A stretch of DNA of 32,000 nt from an uncultured Clostridia bacterium (GCA_937907055.1 CALCTW010000036.1:2510-34509), one strand, 5' to 3'; counted from the stretch's first letter, positions 16,910-25,967 are shown. Notes: generated by a model not told the origin, from the sequence alone. Numbers and translations are program-made.

Positions 16910-17617
16910 TCAGCCACCGAGGTAAGCCTTGCGTACCGATTCGCTCGCCGCCAGCTCCTGAGCATTGCCGGAAAGAGTGATGCGGCCGGTTTCAAGCACA
17001 TAAGCCCGATGGGCAATCGACAGGGCCATATTGGCATTCTGCTCGACCAGCAGGACGGTCGTACCGGCCTCATTTATGTCCTTGATTATCGAGAAAATCT
17101 CTTTTATGAGCAACGGAGCCAGACCCATTGACGGCTCATCCAGCAGCAAAAGACGCGGACGGCTCATCAGGGCCCGTCCCATAGCCAGCATCTGCTGCTC
17201 GCCGCCGGAAAGGGTACCCGCCTCCTGCTGGAGACGCTCCTTCAGACGGGGGAAGCGTTCGAACATCTCATCGATGCTGCCGCGGATCTCATTGGCCGGG
17301 CGGGTGAAACCGCCCATTTCCAGATTCTCGCGGACGGACATCTGCTGGAAGATGCGGCGGCCTTCGGGGCAGAGCGCGATGCCGCGGGGCACGATCTTGC
17401 TGGCGGAAACGCCGCTGATCACTTTATCGTCAAATGTGACAGAACCGCTGCGGGGCTTGAGCAGACCGGCGATGGTGTTCAGCGTGGTGGATTTGCCGGC
17501 GCCGTTCGCGCCGATCAGGGTGACGATCTCGCCCTCATTCACTTCCAGAGAAATGCCCTTGATGGCATGGATCGCGCCATAGTAGACGTGGATATCATCA
17601 ACTTTCAGCAGGCTCAT
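16910..17617 (-). CDS. livF: branched-chain amino-acid ABC transporter ATP-binding protein LivF
   Basis: GANGAGKST Walker A, LSGGEQQMLA signature, LLLLDEPS Walker B, 235 aa, last gene of the livJHMGF order. Contains the codon-usage break (see findings). Confidence 0.9.
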   Translation of the reverse strand: MSLLKVDDIHVYYGAIHAIKGISLEVNEGEIVTLIGANGAGKSTTLNTIAGLLKPRSGSVTFDDKVISGVSASKIVPRGIALCPEGRRIFQQMSVRENLEMGGFTRPANEIRGSIDEMFERFPRLKERLQQEAGTLSGGEQQMLAMGRALMSRPRLLLLDEPSMGLAPLLIKEIFSIIKDINEAGTTVLLVEQNANMALSIAHRAYVLETGRITLSGNAQELAASESVRKAYLGG

Positions 17618-17618
17618 A

Positions 17619-18476
17619 TCACTCCGCCTCCTTCTGCTTGCCCAGATAAGCCTCGATAACGGTGGGGTTGTTCTGGATCTCGCTGGCGGTGCCCTTTGCG
17701 ATGATCCTGCCGAAGTTCAGCACGCAGATACCTTCGCACACGCCCATGACCAGATTCATATCATGCTCGATCAGCAGGATGGCGATCTGGAACTGATCAC
17801 GGATCTTGGCGATGTTGTACATCAGTTCCTCGGTCTCCTTGGGGTTCATACCGGCGGCAGGCTCGTCCAGCAGCAGAAGCTTGGGATTGGTCGCCAGCGC
17901 GCGGACGATCTCCAGTCGGCGCTGCGCGCCGTAGGGGAGGCTGCCGCTGCGGACATCGGCCAGATCGGCCATGTCGAAGATATCCAGCAGCTCCAGCGCG
18001 CGCTTGTGCTGGGCCTTTTCACCCTTCCAGTAGCCGGGAGCGCGCAGAATGCTCTGGAACATGCCGTACTTGATCTGATTGTGAAGGCCGATGCGCACGT
18101 TATCCTCCACGCTCATCTTATCGAAAAGGCGGATATTCTGGAAGGTACGGGCGATACCGGCTTTGTTCGCGTCCACGATGGACATGTTGGCGGTGTCCTT
18201 GCCGTCCAGCAGCACGGTGCCGTGGGTGGGCTGATACACCTTGGTGAGGAGGTTGAATACTGTGGTCTTACCGGCGCCGTTCGGGCCGATCAGACCGGCG
18301 ATCTCGGTCTTGCCGATGGTGAGGTTGAAATCATCAACGGCCTTCAGACCGCCGAATTCGATGCCCAGATGGCTGGCTTCCAGCACGAAAGGCTGACCAA
18401 GGTCACGCTCCGGGACGATGGATACGCTGGGGACGGGAACCATTTTCACGTCCTGATTCAGTTTTGCCTGCGGCAT
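17619..18476 (-). CDS. livG: branched-chain amino-acid ABC transporter ATP-binding protein LivG
   Basis: GPNGAGKTT, LPYGAQRRLEI, LLLLDEPAAGMNP, C-terminal BCA_ABC_TP_C-like tail. I place the start at ATG 18476 (MPQAKLN), 1 nt after the livM stop, not at the track's 18530. Confidence 0.9.
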   Translation of the reverse strand: MPQAKLNQDVKMVPVPSVSIVPERDLGQPFVLEASHLGIEFGGLKAVDDFNLTIGKTEIAGLIGPNGAGKTTVFNLLTKVYQPTHGTVLLDGKDTANMSIVDANKAGIARTFQNIRLFDKMSVEDNVRIGLHNQIKYGMFQSILRAPGYWKGEKAQHKRALELLDIFDMADLADVRSGSLPYGAQRRLEIVRALATNPKLLLLDEPAAGMNPKETEELMYNIAKIRDQFQIAILLIEHDMNLVMGVCEGICVLNFGRIIAKGTASEIQNNPTVIEAYLGKQKEAE

Positions 18477-18477
18477 A

Positions 18478-19554
18478 TCACTTGACCTCCTTTTCTTCGT
18501 CTGCCTTATTGCGCTTGAAGAGGGCAACAAAGGAGGTGAACAGGTTGCGCACGCTCTTGCTGTTGGTGAGCAGCATGACCAGGATCAGCACGATGGCGTA
18601 GATCAGCATGCGGTATTCGTTCAGGAAACGCAGCTGCTCGGGCAGCACCTTCAGCACCACGGTGGAGACGATGGAGCCGCTCATATTACCGATACCGCCC
18701 AGTACGACGAAGACCAGCGAGTCGATACTTTCGTTGACGCTGAACTTGACGGGGGAGACGGTGGAGTTCATGCCGAACAGGGCACCGGCCATACCGGCCA
18801 GTGTGGCGGAGATCACGAAGGCCATCAGGCGGTACTTGGTCACGTTCACGCCCGTGCTTTCCGCGGCGATGCGGTTGTCACGCACAGCCATGATGGCACG
18901 GCCGGAACGGCTGTTGACCAGGTTCAGCACCACGATCAGGGTGAAGATAACAAGAATGAAGCCGATCACAAAACCGCCCTTATCCGGCGCGATCTTGGCG
19001 CCCTGGATCAGCGTGGTGGCGGAAGAACCGTTCACGATGCCGGTACCGGTGCGAATGGGCTCGATAAAGCTGAAGGACAGTTTGGTGCCTTCGATGGACA
19101 CATACACACAGTTCATCAGGTTCATGATGATCTGACCGAACGCGAGGGTAACGATGGCAAGGTAGTCACCGCGCAGACGCATGACGGGGATGCCGATCAG
19201 AACACCGAAGACGCAGGACATGAGCCCGGCGCAGATGAAGGTGATGATCACGCGCGGCACCATGTCCTGGACACCGGCATTCACCAGCCAGGCGTTCGTC
19301 ACAACGCCCGTGAAGCAGCCGATGCTCATGAAACCGGCATGACCCAGACTCAGCTCGCCGGAAATACCGACGACCAGGTTCAGGGACAGCGCCATGACCA
19401 CCCAGCAGCACAGCGGCACGATCTGCTGCTTCATCTGGTTGGTCAGCTTCATGCCGAACGCCTTGTTTATCATCAGCTCGATCAGGATGAAGAGGAGCGT
19501 TGCGATCAGGAAAGGCAACGCGTTTTTCAAAGCTTTCTTTGTCTTTCGATTCAT
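18478..19554 (-). CDS. livM: branched-chain amino-acid ABC transporter permease LivM
   Basis: Polytopic membrane protein positioned between livH and livG. Start at ATG 19554 (MNRKTKK), 5 nt after GAGGTGA. Confidence 0.85.
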   Translation of the reverse strand: MNRKTKKALKNALPFLIATLLFILIELMINKAFGMKLTNQMKQQIVPLCCWVVMALSLNLVVGISGELSLGHAGFMSIGCFTGVVTNAWLVNAGVQDMVPRVIITFICAGLMSCVFGVLIGIPVMRLRGDYLAIVTLAFGQIIMNLMNCVYVSIEGTKLSFSFIEPIRTGTGIVNGSSATTLIQGAKIAPDKGGFVIGFILVIFTLIVVLNLVNSRSGRAIMAVRDNRIAAESTGVNVTKYRLMAFVISATLAGMAGALFGMNSTVSPVKFSVNESIDSLVFVVLGGIGNMSGSIVSTVVLKVLPEQLRFLNEYRMLIYAIVLILVMLLTNSKSVRNLFTSFVALFKRNKADEEKEVK

Positions 19555-19564
19555 CACGCTCACC

Positions 19565-20461
19565 TCACACTTTCTCACGCATCTGCTTGCCCAGCAGACC
19601 CGCAGGCTTGACGAGCAGCACGATGATCAGCACAACGAACACGAAGGTGTTGCCCAGCTGGGTGGAGATGTAGGAGTTGCTCAGGATCTCGATCAGGCCC
19701 AGCAGGATGCCGCCCAGCAGCGCGCCGGGGATGGAGCCGATACCGCCGAATACGGCAGCGGCGAAGGCGTTGATGCCGGGGATGGAGCCGGTGGTGGGGG
19801 TCAGCGTGTGGCTGTAAGAGCAGTAAAGCACGCCCGCGACAGCGGCCAGCGCGGAACCGATGGCGAAGGTGAGGGAGATGGTGCGGTTCACATTGATGCC
19901 CATCAGCTCAGCCGCGCCCTTATCCTCGGACACAGCGCGCATGGCGCGGCCGGTCTTGGTGGAGGAGGTGAACCAGGTGAGGGTCAGCATGATGACGATG
20001 TTGACCACGATGGTCAGCAGCGTATCCCAGGAGATGGTCAGCGCGCCGTCCGCAAGGCTGATGGGAGCCAGCGTGATCAGGTTGCTGACCGTTTTGGGAG
20101 CGGAACCCCAGATCAGCTGCGCGGCGTTCTGCAGCAGATAGCTCATACCGATGGCGGTGATCAGAACGGCCAGAGAGGCGGCCTGACGCAGCGGCTTGTA
20201 GGCCAGACGCTCAATGGTGATGCCCAGCACCGTGCACAGCGCCATGGAGATCACCAGCGCGGCGACGGGCGCGAAAGCCCCCAGCGCGCTTTGTGTGCTT
20301 TGTACGAAGATGAACGAAACATAAGCGCCGACCATGATAACATCACCGTGCGCGAAGTTGAGCATTTTGGCGATACCGTACACCATGGTATAGCCCAAAG
20401 CGATAATGGCGTACACACTGCCAAGACTGATACCCTGGATCAGGTTTTGCAGTAAATCCAT
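19565..20461 (-). CDS. livH: branched-chain amino-acid ABC transporter permease LivH
   Basis: 298 aa, N-terminus LLQNLIQGISLGSVYAIIALGYTMVYG typical of LivH/BraD. Confidence 0.9.
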   Translation of the reverse strand: MDLLQNLIQGISLGSVYAIIALGYTMVYGIAKMLNFAHGDVIMVGAYVSFIFVQSTQSALGAFAPVAALVISMALCTVLGITIERLAYKPLRQAASLAVLITAIGMSYLLQNAAQLIWGSAPKTVSNLITLAPISLADGALTISWDTLLTIVVNIVIMLTLTWFTSSTKTGRAMRAVSEDKGAAELMGINVNRTISLTFAIGSALAAVAGVLYCSYSHTLTPTTGSIPGINAFAAAVFGGIGSIPGALLGGILLGLIEILSNSYISTQLGNTFVFVVLIIVLLVKPAGLLGKQMREKV

Positions 20462-20540
20462 CAGATCACACCTTTCTGAAGAAGACTGGGTTCCCGGGCA
20501 GATATGACCGGCAGGCGATGGAAGAAGACCGCCGGCTCAT

Positions 20541-20612
20541 ACTGCTCTCCGATAAGAGCGGGACGCGCGTAGGGGAGACAGGGCCCCGGACTCGCTCTTA
20601 TTGGAGAACAGT
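20541..20612 (-). repeat. 20-bp-arm inverted repeat (RNA stem-loop) in the livJ-livH intercistronic region
   Basis: ACTGCTCTCCGATAAGAGCG (20541-20560) against CGCTCTTATTGGAGAACAGT (20593-20612). 18 Watson-Crick pairs plus 2 positions that are G.U on the minus-strand RNA, with a 32-nt loop. Confidence 0.7.
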
Positions 20613-20673
20613 ATAAAATGACATAACCCGGCTCGGGATAAAACCCGGGCCGGGCACAAATCCCTGTGCGAGA

Positions 20674-21813
20674 TCAGTAGTTTTCGGGAGAGACGTAAAC
20701 GCCGTTCTTGATGATGACAGCGTTCGGGCTCTTGGTAACAGCACCGGTGTCATCCCAGGACATGGTGCCGGTCACGCCGACGATCTCGAAATCACCGGAG
20801 AAGACGGCGATCAGCGCTTCGCAGCAATCTTCATAGGAAGCGGTGCCGTCCAGGCCGGCCTTCTGGAAAGCAGCGTACATGGCGTACACGCAGTCATAGG
20901 CATCGGCAGCGAACTGGTTGGGGATCTCGTTGTAAGCGGCAACGTACTTGGTGACGAAGTTCTGGGTCAGATCATCGGTCGCGTCAGCAGCGAAGGGGGT
21001 CAGCAGCAGAACGCCCTCGGCATTGGCAGCGTCGAAACCGTCGATGGTCAGAATACCGTCCATACCGTCAACGCCGAAGAACTTGGGCGCGTAATCGACG
21101 GTCTTGGCCTGGATCAGGATCTGGGAAGCGGGGGTGTAGTACATGGGCAGGAACACGACGTCGCAGCCCGCGGACTTCATGGCGTTGACCTGCACGGAGT
21201 AGTCGGCAGCGCCCTCGATGAAGGCTTCGGTGGCAGCGATGGTCACGCCCTGAGCGGTGCACTCATCAACGAAGGTCTGGTAGATACCGACGGAGTAGGG
21301 GTCGGAGATGTTGTAGATGACGCCGATGGTCTCGCCCAGCTTGTTGCCCAGGATGTACTGAGCGGCCAGGGTGCCCTGAGCGGGGTCAGTGAAGCACAGC
21401 TGATAGCAGTTGTCCTTATCGGCGGTCACGGCGGTGGAAGAAGCAGAGGGCGTGAGCATGAACACGCGATCATCAAAGGCCTGTGCGGAAACGGCGATGC
21501 AGGGGGTGGTGGTAACGGTGCCGACGATGGCCTGAGCGCCGTTGTCCACAGCGTGGCCGTAAGCGCTCAGCGCGCGCTCGGCGTCGTGGGTGTCGTCTTC
21601 GATGATCAGGTTGATCACGGTCTTGCCGGCCGCTTCGTTGATCTCATTGGCAGCGATGGTAGCACCGTACTGAACAGCAGTACCGTAAACAGCAGCACCG
21701 CCGGTCATGGGGCCGATGACAGCCAGGGTGATGGCTTCATCTTCGGCAACGGCAGTCATCATGCAGGTGAAAGCCATAACGAGTACAAGAAGAATAGAAA
21801 GAGTACGCTTCAT
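20674..21813 (-). CDS. livJ: branched-chain amino-acid ABC transporter substrate-binding protein (LivJ/K, BraC type)
   Basis: Signal peptide MKRTLSILLVLVMAFTCMMTAVA, then IGPMTGGAAVYG and a type-I periplasmic-binding-fold pattern. First gene of the liv operon. Confidence 0.85.
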   Translation of the reverse strand: MKRTLSILLVLVMAFTCMMTAVAEDEAITLAVIGPMTGGAAVYGTAVQYGATIAANEINEAAGKTVINLIIEDDTHDAERALSAYGHAVDNGAQAIVGTVTTTPCIAVSAQAFDDRVFMLTPSASSTAVTADKDNCYQLCFTDPAQGTLAAQYILGNKLGETIGVIYNISDPYSVGIYQTFVDECTAQGVTIAATEAFIEGAADYSVQVNAMKSAGCDVVFLPMYYTPASQILIQAKTVDYAPKFFGVDGMDGILTIDGFDAANAEGVLLLTPFAADATDDLTQNFVTKYVAAYNEIPNQFAADAYDCVYAMYAAFQKAGLDGTASYEDCCEALIAVFSGDFEIVGVTGTMSWDDTGAVTKSPNAVIIKNGVYVSPENY

Positions 21814-21863
21814 TTTGTTCTCTCCTCCATGTAGAAAGTTACATCCTCAGGGATGTTGGGGTT

Positions 21864-21892
21864 ATTATAATATACGATGAATCTGTATACAA
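21864..21892 (-). promoter_or_regulatory. sigma-70-like promoter of the liv operon
   Basis: On the minus strand: TTGTAT (21892-21887), 17-nt spacer, TATAAT (21869-21864). Confidence 0.5.
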
Positions 21893-22011
21893 CATTTCCG
21901 GCTCAAAAATGCAATCGGAATACAAAAAACGGCCCGTTTCCGGAAACGGAAACCGCGCCGCCGTCTGCGTTTCAGGCTTCAGAGTTTACAAGCCCGAAGC
22001 AGCTGGTTCGA

Positions 22012-22040
22012 TTGACAAAAAAGGCCGGAAGCGATATGAT
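22012..22040 (+). promoter_or_regulatory. near-consensus sigma-70 promoter for ylbF-mltG-U32
   Basis: TTGACA (22012-22017), 17-nt spacer, TATGAT (22035-22040). Confidence 0.6.
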
Positions 22041-22099
22041 GAACAGGATAAAAAACGCGCCTTTTCCATTGGGAAACGGCCTTGCCGGAGGAATGAAGC

Positions 22100-22447
22100 A
22101 TGCATGCTTTGGATACAGCCAGAGTGCTGGCAAAGGATATCAGAGAAACGGAAGAATATAAGGAATACGCCGCCTGTAAGGAGCGCATCGGCGATGACGC
22201 CGGGATCAAAAGCCTGATCAGGGAATTCAAAAAGCTGCAGGTCGCGGTGCAGATGGGCGCTGTGATCGGCAAAACGGCTGCCGAATCCGATACCCAGCGC
22301 TTTCAGGCGCTGTCCTCCCTGCTCTTTTCGGATGACCGCACCCGTGAATACCTGATGGCGGAGATCCGTCTTCAGCGCATGATGGCGGAGATCTTCGGCA
22401 TCCTGCAGGAGGCCAGCGGCATCGAGATGGAGATCCCCGGGATCTGA
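22100..22447 (+). CDS. YlbF/YmcA-family protein (UPF0342)
   Basis: 115-aa helical protein: ARVLAKDIRETEEYKEYAACKERI...LIREFKKLQ...EYLMAE, matching the family pattern as I recall it. GGAGGA RBS 7 nt upstream. Confidence 0.6.
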   Translation: MHALDTARVLAKDIRETEEYKEYAACKERIGDDAGIKSLIREFKKLQVAVQMGAVIGKTAAESDTQRFQALSSLLFSDDRTREYLMAEIRLQRMMAEIFGILQEASGIEMEIPGI

Positions 22448-22492
22448 GTATAAAGCAAAACACAGAAAAATGAGCCGGAAGGCATAGAGCAT

Positions 22493-23719
22493 ATGAAAAA
22501 GGAAGATAAGGAACAAATCCGCCGCATCCTGGATGAAAAGGCGGAGCACGGCGCGTTCTGGTACAGTTGGCTGTGGAGCGTGCTGCGCCCGGTCAGCATC
22601 GGGCTTTGTGTGCTGCTGGTGGTCACGGGCGTGCTGATGGGCGTGGTCAATCAGATCCGCCGCGCGTATTTTGACGCGGTGGATCCCAGGGATGCGACGC
22701 CGGTCAGCTTCACGGTCTCCAGCGGCAGCAGTCTGACCAGAGTGGCCAATAACCTTGAAAAGGCCGGGCTGATCAACAACGCCAGTGTTTTCAAGTATTA
22801 TGCCGATTTTCTGGGCTACGGACAGAAGATCCAGGCCGGTGATTATGTGCTGACCAGGCAGATGGATACCACCCAGATCATGGAGCAGCTCACCACCGGT
22901 GACGGCAATCCCATCGTGCGCAATATCACCGTCATCCCCGGCTGGACGGTGGAGGATCTGGCGGATAACCTGTTCGCGCAGGGCGTCATCAAGGATCAGG
23001 CGGCCTTTTTGCAGTTGTGCCGCAGCGGCAGCCTGTTCGCGGATTACTACTACATCAGCGATATCCTGAAACTGAACACCTATATGTCCCGTCCCTACGC
23101 GCTGGAGGGCTATCTGGCCCCCGATACCTATGAGGTCTACACCAATGCCACCCCGGAGGAGATCATCAAAAAACTCCTCAGCCAGACCGGCAAGGTGTTC
23201 AATGACGTGTATGATGAACGCGCGCGTGAGATCGGCATGACCATGGATCAGGTGATCATTCTGGCCAGCATCATTGAAAAAGAAGCCAAGACGGCTGATT
23301 TTGCGAAGGTCAGCGCTGTGTTCCACAATCGTATGAGCACGGCGGAGGCGCTGCGTTATCACGGCAGGCTCAGCGAGGCCAACGGCACGCTGGGCAGCGA
23401 TGCCACCATCAAGTATGTGACAGGCTCCAGAAAGATGGCGCTGAACAGCAGCGACACTCAGATGGCCTCGCCCTATAACACCTACACCAATCAGGGTCTC
23501 CCGGCGGGTCCCATCTGCAATCCCTCGCCCAATGCCATCCACGCGGCCCTCTACCCGGATACCGCGTTCCTGCAGCAGGGCTATCTGTATTTCTGCAGCA
23601 AGGAGCCGGACAGCGGCGAACTGGCCTTCGCGGTCACCTACGCGGATCACCAGCGCAATGTGGCCATCTATTCTCCGCTCTGGCAGGCGTTTGATGAGGA
23701 GCATGGATACAATGATTGA
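22493..23719 (+). CDS. mltG: endolytic murein transglycosylase MltG (YceG-like)
   Basis: N-terminal TM, LysM-like segment, LEGYLAPDTYEVY, ILASIIEKEA (catalytic Glu), VFHNRM, SPYNTYTNQGLPAGPICNPS. Confidence 0.85.
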   Translation: MKKEDKEQIRRILDEKAEHGAFWYSWLWSVLRPVSIGLCVLLVVTGVLMGVVNQIRRAYFDAVDPRDATPVSFTVSSGSSLTRVANNLEKAGLINNASVFKYYADFLGYGQKIQAGDYVLTRQMDTTQIMEQLTTGDGNPIVRNITVIPGWTVEDLADNLFAQGVIKDQAAFLQLCRSGSLFADYYYISDILKLNTYMSRPYALEGYLAPDTYEVYTNATPEEIIKKLLSQTGKVFNDVYDERAREIGMTMDQVIILASIIEKEAKTADFAKVSAVFHNRMSTAEALRYHGRLSEANGTLGSDATIKYVTGSRKMALNSSDTQMASPYNTYTNQGLPAGPICNPSPNAIHAALYPDTAFLQQGYLYFCSKEPDSGELAFAVTYADHQRNVAIYSPLWQAFDEEHGYND

Positions 23720-24950
23720 ATTACTGTGCCCGGCGGGCGGGATGGATCAGCTGAAGGCGGCCCTGCGTTACGGCGCGGATGCCGTGTACGGCGGTGCCCG
23801 CAGGTTTGGCCTGCGCGCCTTCGCGGGCAATTTCAGCATGGAGGAGCTGGCGGAGGCCGTCCGTCTGTGCCACGAAAAGGGAAAGAAGTTTTATATCACG
23901 CTGAATATCCTGCCCTATGATGAGGACATGGAGGAAATGACCGCGGTCGCTGCCGAGGCCTGCGCGCTGGGCGTGGATGCCGCCATCGTGAGCGATCTGG
24001 GTGCCATCGCGCGTCTGCGCCGCGAGGTGCCGGGGCTGCCCATCCATGTCAGCACACAGGCCAATGTGATGAACACCGAGGCGGCCAATGTGATGATCGG
24101 CCTTGGCGCGGAGCGCATCGTGCTGGCGCGGGAGCTGAGCCTTGAACGCATCAAAAAGCTGCGCGCGTCCATTCCGCAGAGGGTGGAGCTGGAGGCCTTC
24201 GTGCACGGCGCGATGTGCATGAGCTTTTCCGGCCGCTGCATGCTGAGCGATCACATGATCGGCCGCGGCGGCAACAAGGGCGCGTGCGCGCAGCCCTGCC
24301 GGTGGGAATATGCCATCATGGAGGTCAAGCGGGAGGGCATGTATATGCCCATCGCGGAAGACGAGCGCGGCACCTATTTGCTTTCGGCCTATGACCTTTG
24401 CATGCTGGAGCATCTGCCGGAAATGATCGATGCCGGCATTGTTTCCCTCAAGATCGAGGGCCGCATGAAGACGGCCAATTATGTGGCGGCGGTCACCTAT
24501 GTGTACCGCGCGGCGCTGGATGCCCTGCAAAGGAGCGAGGCGGAATACCGCGCGCTGGTGCCGCAACTGCTGGAGGAACTGAAAAAATCCAGTCATCGTG
24601 ACTGGAATACGGGGTTCTTCTTCGGCAATCCCGCGCCGGCGGCCGGGGCGGAGGGCTTCAGCCAGACCATGGAATTTACGGGCGATGTGACCGGCTTTGA
24701 AGCAGGAGAAAACGGCGCGCCGAACCGCGCTATAGTGCGGATCAAGAACCGCTTCTTCGTGGGCGATACGCTGGACGCGCTGACACCGGAGGGTAGCGTG
24801 AAGGTGAATGTGCTGGGTATCGTGACGGCTGACGGCACGGCTGTCGATACCGTTTCCATCGCGGGGCAGACCGTGACCGTGCTGACGGACGCGGTGCTGA
24901 GCGAAGGAGATATCCTGCGCGGCCCCAACCGCAATCATCAGAAAAAATAA
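23712..24950 (+). CDS. U32-family peptidase-like protein
   Basis: MIELLCPAGG start and the U32 signature EAFVHGAMCMSFSGRCMLS. mltG-U32 adjacency mirrors B. subtilis yrrL-yrrNO. Start could also be ATG 23703; the track's 23532 start overlaps mltG and is unlikely. Confidence 0.85.
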   Translation: MIELLCPAGGMDQLKAALRYGADAVYGGARRFGLRAFAGNFSMEELAEAVRLCHEKGKKFYITLNILPYDEDMEEMTAVAAEACALGVDAAIVSDLGAIARLRREVPGLPIHVSTQANVMNTEAANVMIGLGAERIVLARELSLERIKKLRASIPQRVELEAFVHGAMCMSFSGRCMLSDHMIGRGGNKGACAQPCRWEYAIMEVKREGMYMPIAEDERGTYLLSAYDLCMLEHLPEMIDAGIVSLKIEGRMKTANYVAAVTYVYRAALDALQRSEAEYRALVPQLLEELKKSSHRDWNTGFFFGNPAPAAGAEGFSQTMEFTGDVTGFEAGENGAPNRAIVRIKNRFFVGDTLDALTPEGSVKVNVLGIVTADGTAVDTVSIAGQTVTVLTDAVLSEGDILRGPNRNHQKK

Positions 24951-24973
24951 TCAGAAAGATCGGGCTTTTGATC

Positions 24974-25831
24974 ATGCAGGAAAGAGTGATCCGCTTCGGC
25001 CCCTCGGGCAACAGCGATGCCTTTTATGATGAAGGCTATAAGCATTCCTGGCAGGCGGCGGCCTGGCTGAAGGGGATGGGCCTGAACGCGTATGAGGTAC
25101 CCTTCGGGCGCGGGATCAATATGACGGAGGAAAGCGCGGCGAAGCTGGCGGAGGAAATGTAGAAAAACGGCATCCTTGTCAGCGTGCACGCGCCGTATTT
25201 CATTAACCTGGCCAATATGGACGCGGAAAAACGGGAAAACTCCTTTGGCTATATCACCGAAAGCGCCAAATGGCTGGACAGGCTGGGCGGCACGGAGCTG
25301 GTGGTGCACACCGGCTCACAGATGAAAATGCCAAGGGAAGAGGCGCTGAAAAACTGCGCGGAGGGCCTGAAGGAAGCCTATCGCCGTCTGGATGAGATGG
25401 GGCTTTCGCATATCATCCTCTGCCCGGAAACGATGGGCAAGCTGACGCAGATCGGCGATCTTGAGGAGATCTGTGACCTGTGCAATGTGGATGAGCGCCT
25501 GATCCCCTGTGTGGATTTCGCGCATCTGCACGCGCTGCACGGCGGTGTGATGAACACGGAAGCGGATTTCGCGGCTGTGCTGGATACGCTGGAGGAAAGG
25601 CTGGGTCCGGACCGCGCGAAGAGGATCCACGCGCATTTCTCCACCATCGAATATACCGCCAAGGGCGAAAAGTGCCACCGCACCTTTGATGATGAAGGCT
25701 ACGGTCCCCGTTTTGAGCATCTGGCCCCGCTCCTCAGGCAGCGCGGCTATACGCCCACCATCATCTGCGAATGCCGCGGCACACAGGCCAAGGATGCCTG
25801 TGCAATGAAGCGGATCTACGAAATGCAATAA
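24974..25831 (+). pseudogene. endonuclease-IV-like TIM-barrel (AP endonuclease family 2) gene interrupted by one in-frame TAG at 25160-25162
   Basis: Track ORFs 24968-25162 and 25184-25831 are in the same frame. Reading through gives ...AKLAEEM*KNGILVSVHAPYFINLA..., i.e. a continuous homolog (HAPYxINL, VVHTG, ETMGK, CVDFAH). The only defect is the single stop. Confidence 0.7.
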
Positions 25832-25845
25832 CACACGTATAAGGC

Positions 25846-25891
25846 AAGGCTGTGACGAAACACACGAAAAAGCGCGTTTTGTCACAGCCTT
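25846..25891. terminator. hairpin terminator between convergent genes
   Basis: 11-bp stem AAGGCTGTGAC (25846-25856) / GTCACAGCCTT (25881-25891) with a large loop, followed by ATTTCG. Confidence 0.45.
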
Positions 25892-25967
25892 ATTTCGATA
25901 TACCAATATTGAAGTTTTAGCAACGGATGTTGTAAAAGCCGTTGATATATTGTTCGCGTGTGAAGGT

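Noticed and set aside
22005-22013. GGTTCGATT, a tRNA T-loop-like string.
   Set aside because: There is no complementary T-stem, acceptor stem or anticodon arm around it. It overlaps the -35 box of the ylbF promoter.
21986-23704. 572-aa ORF on the minus strand, the longest in this part of the window.
   Set aside because: It runs antisense through ylbF, mltG and their intergenic region. Its composition (RGDAHL-rich) is that of a shadow frame, and mltG/ylbF on the plus strand have unmistakable motifs and RBSs.
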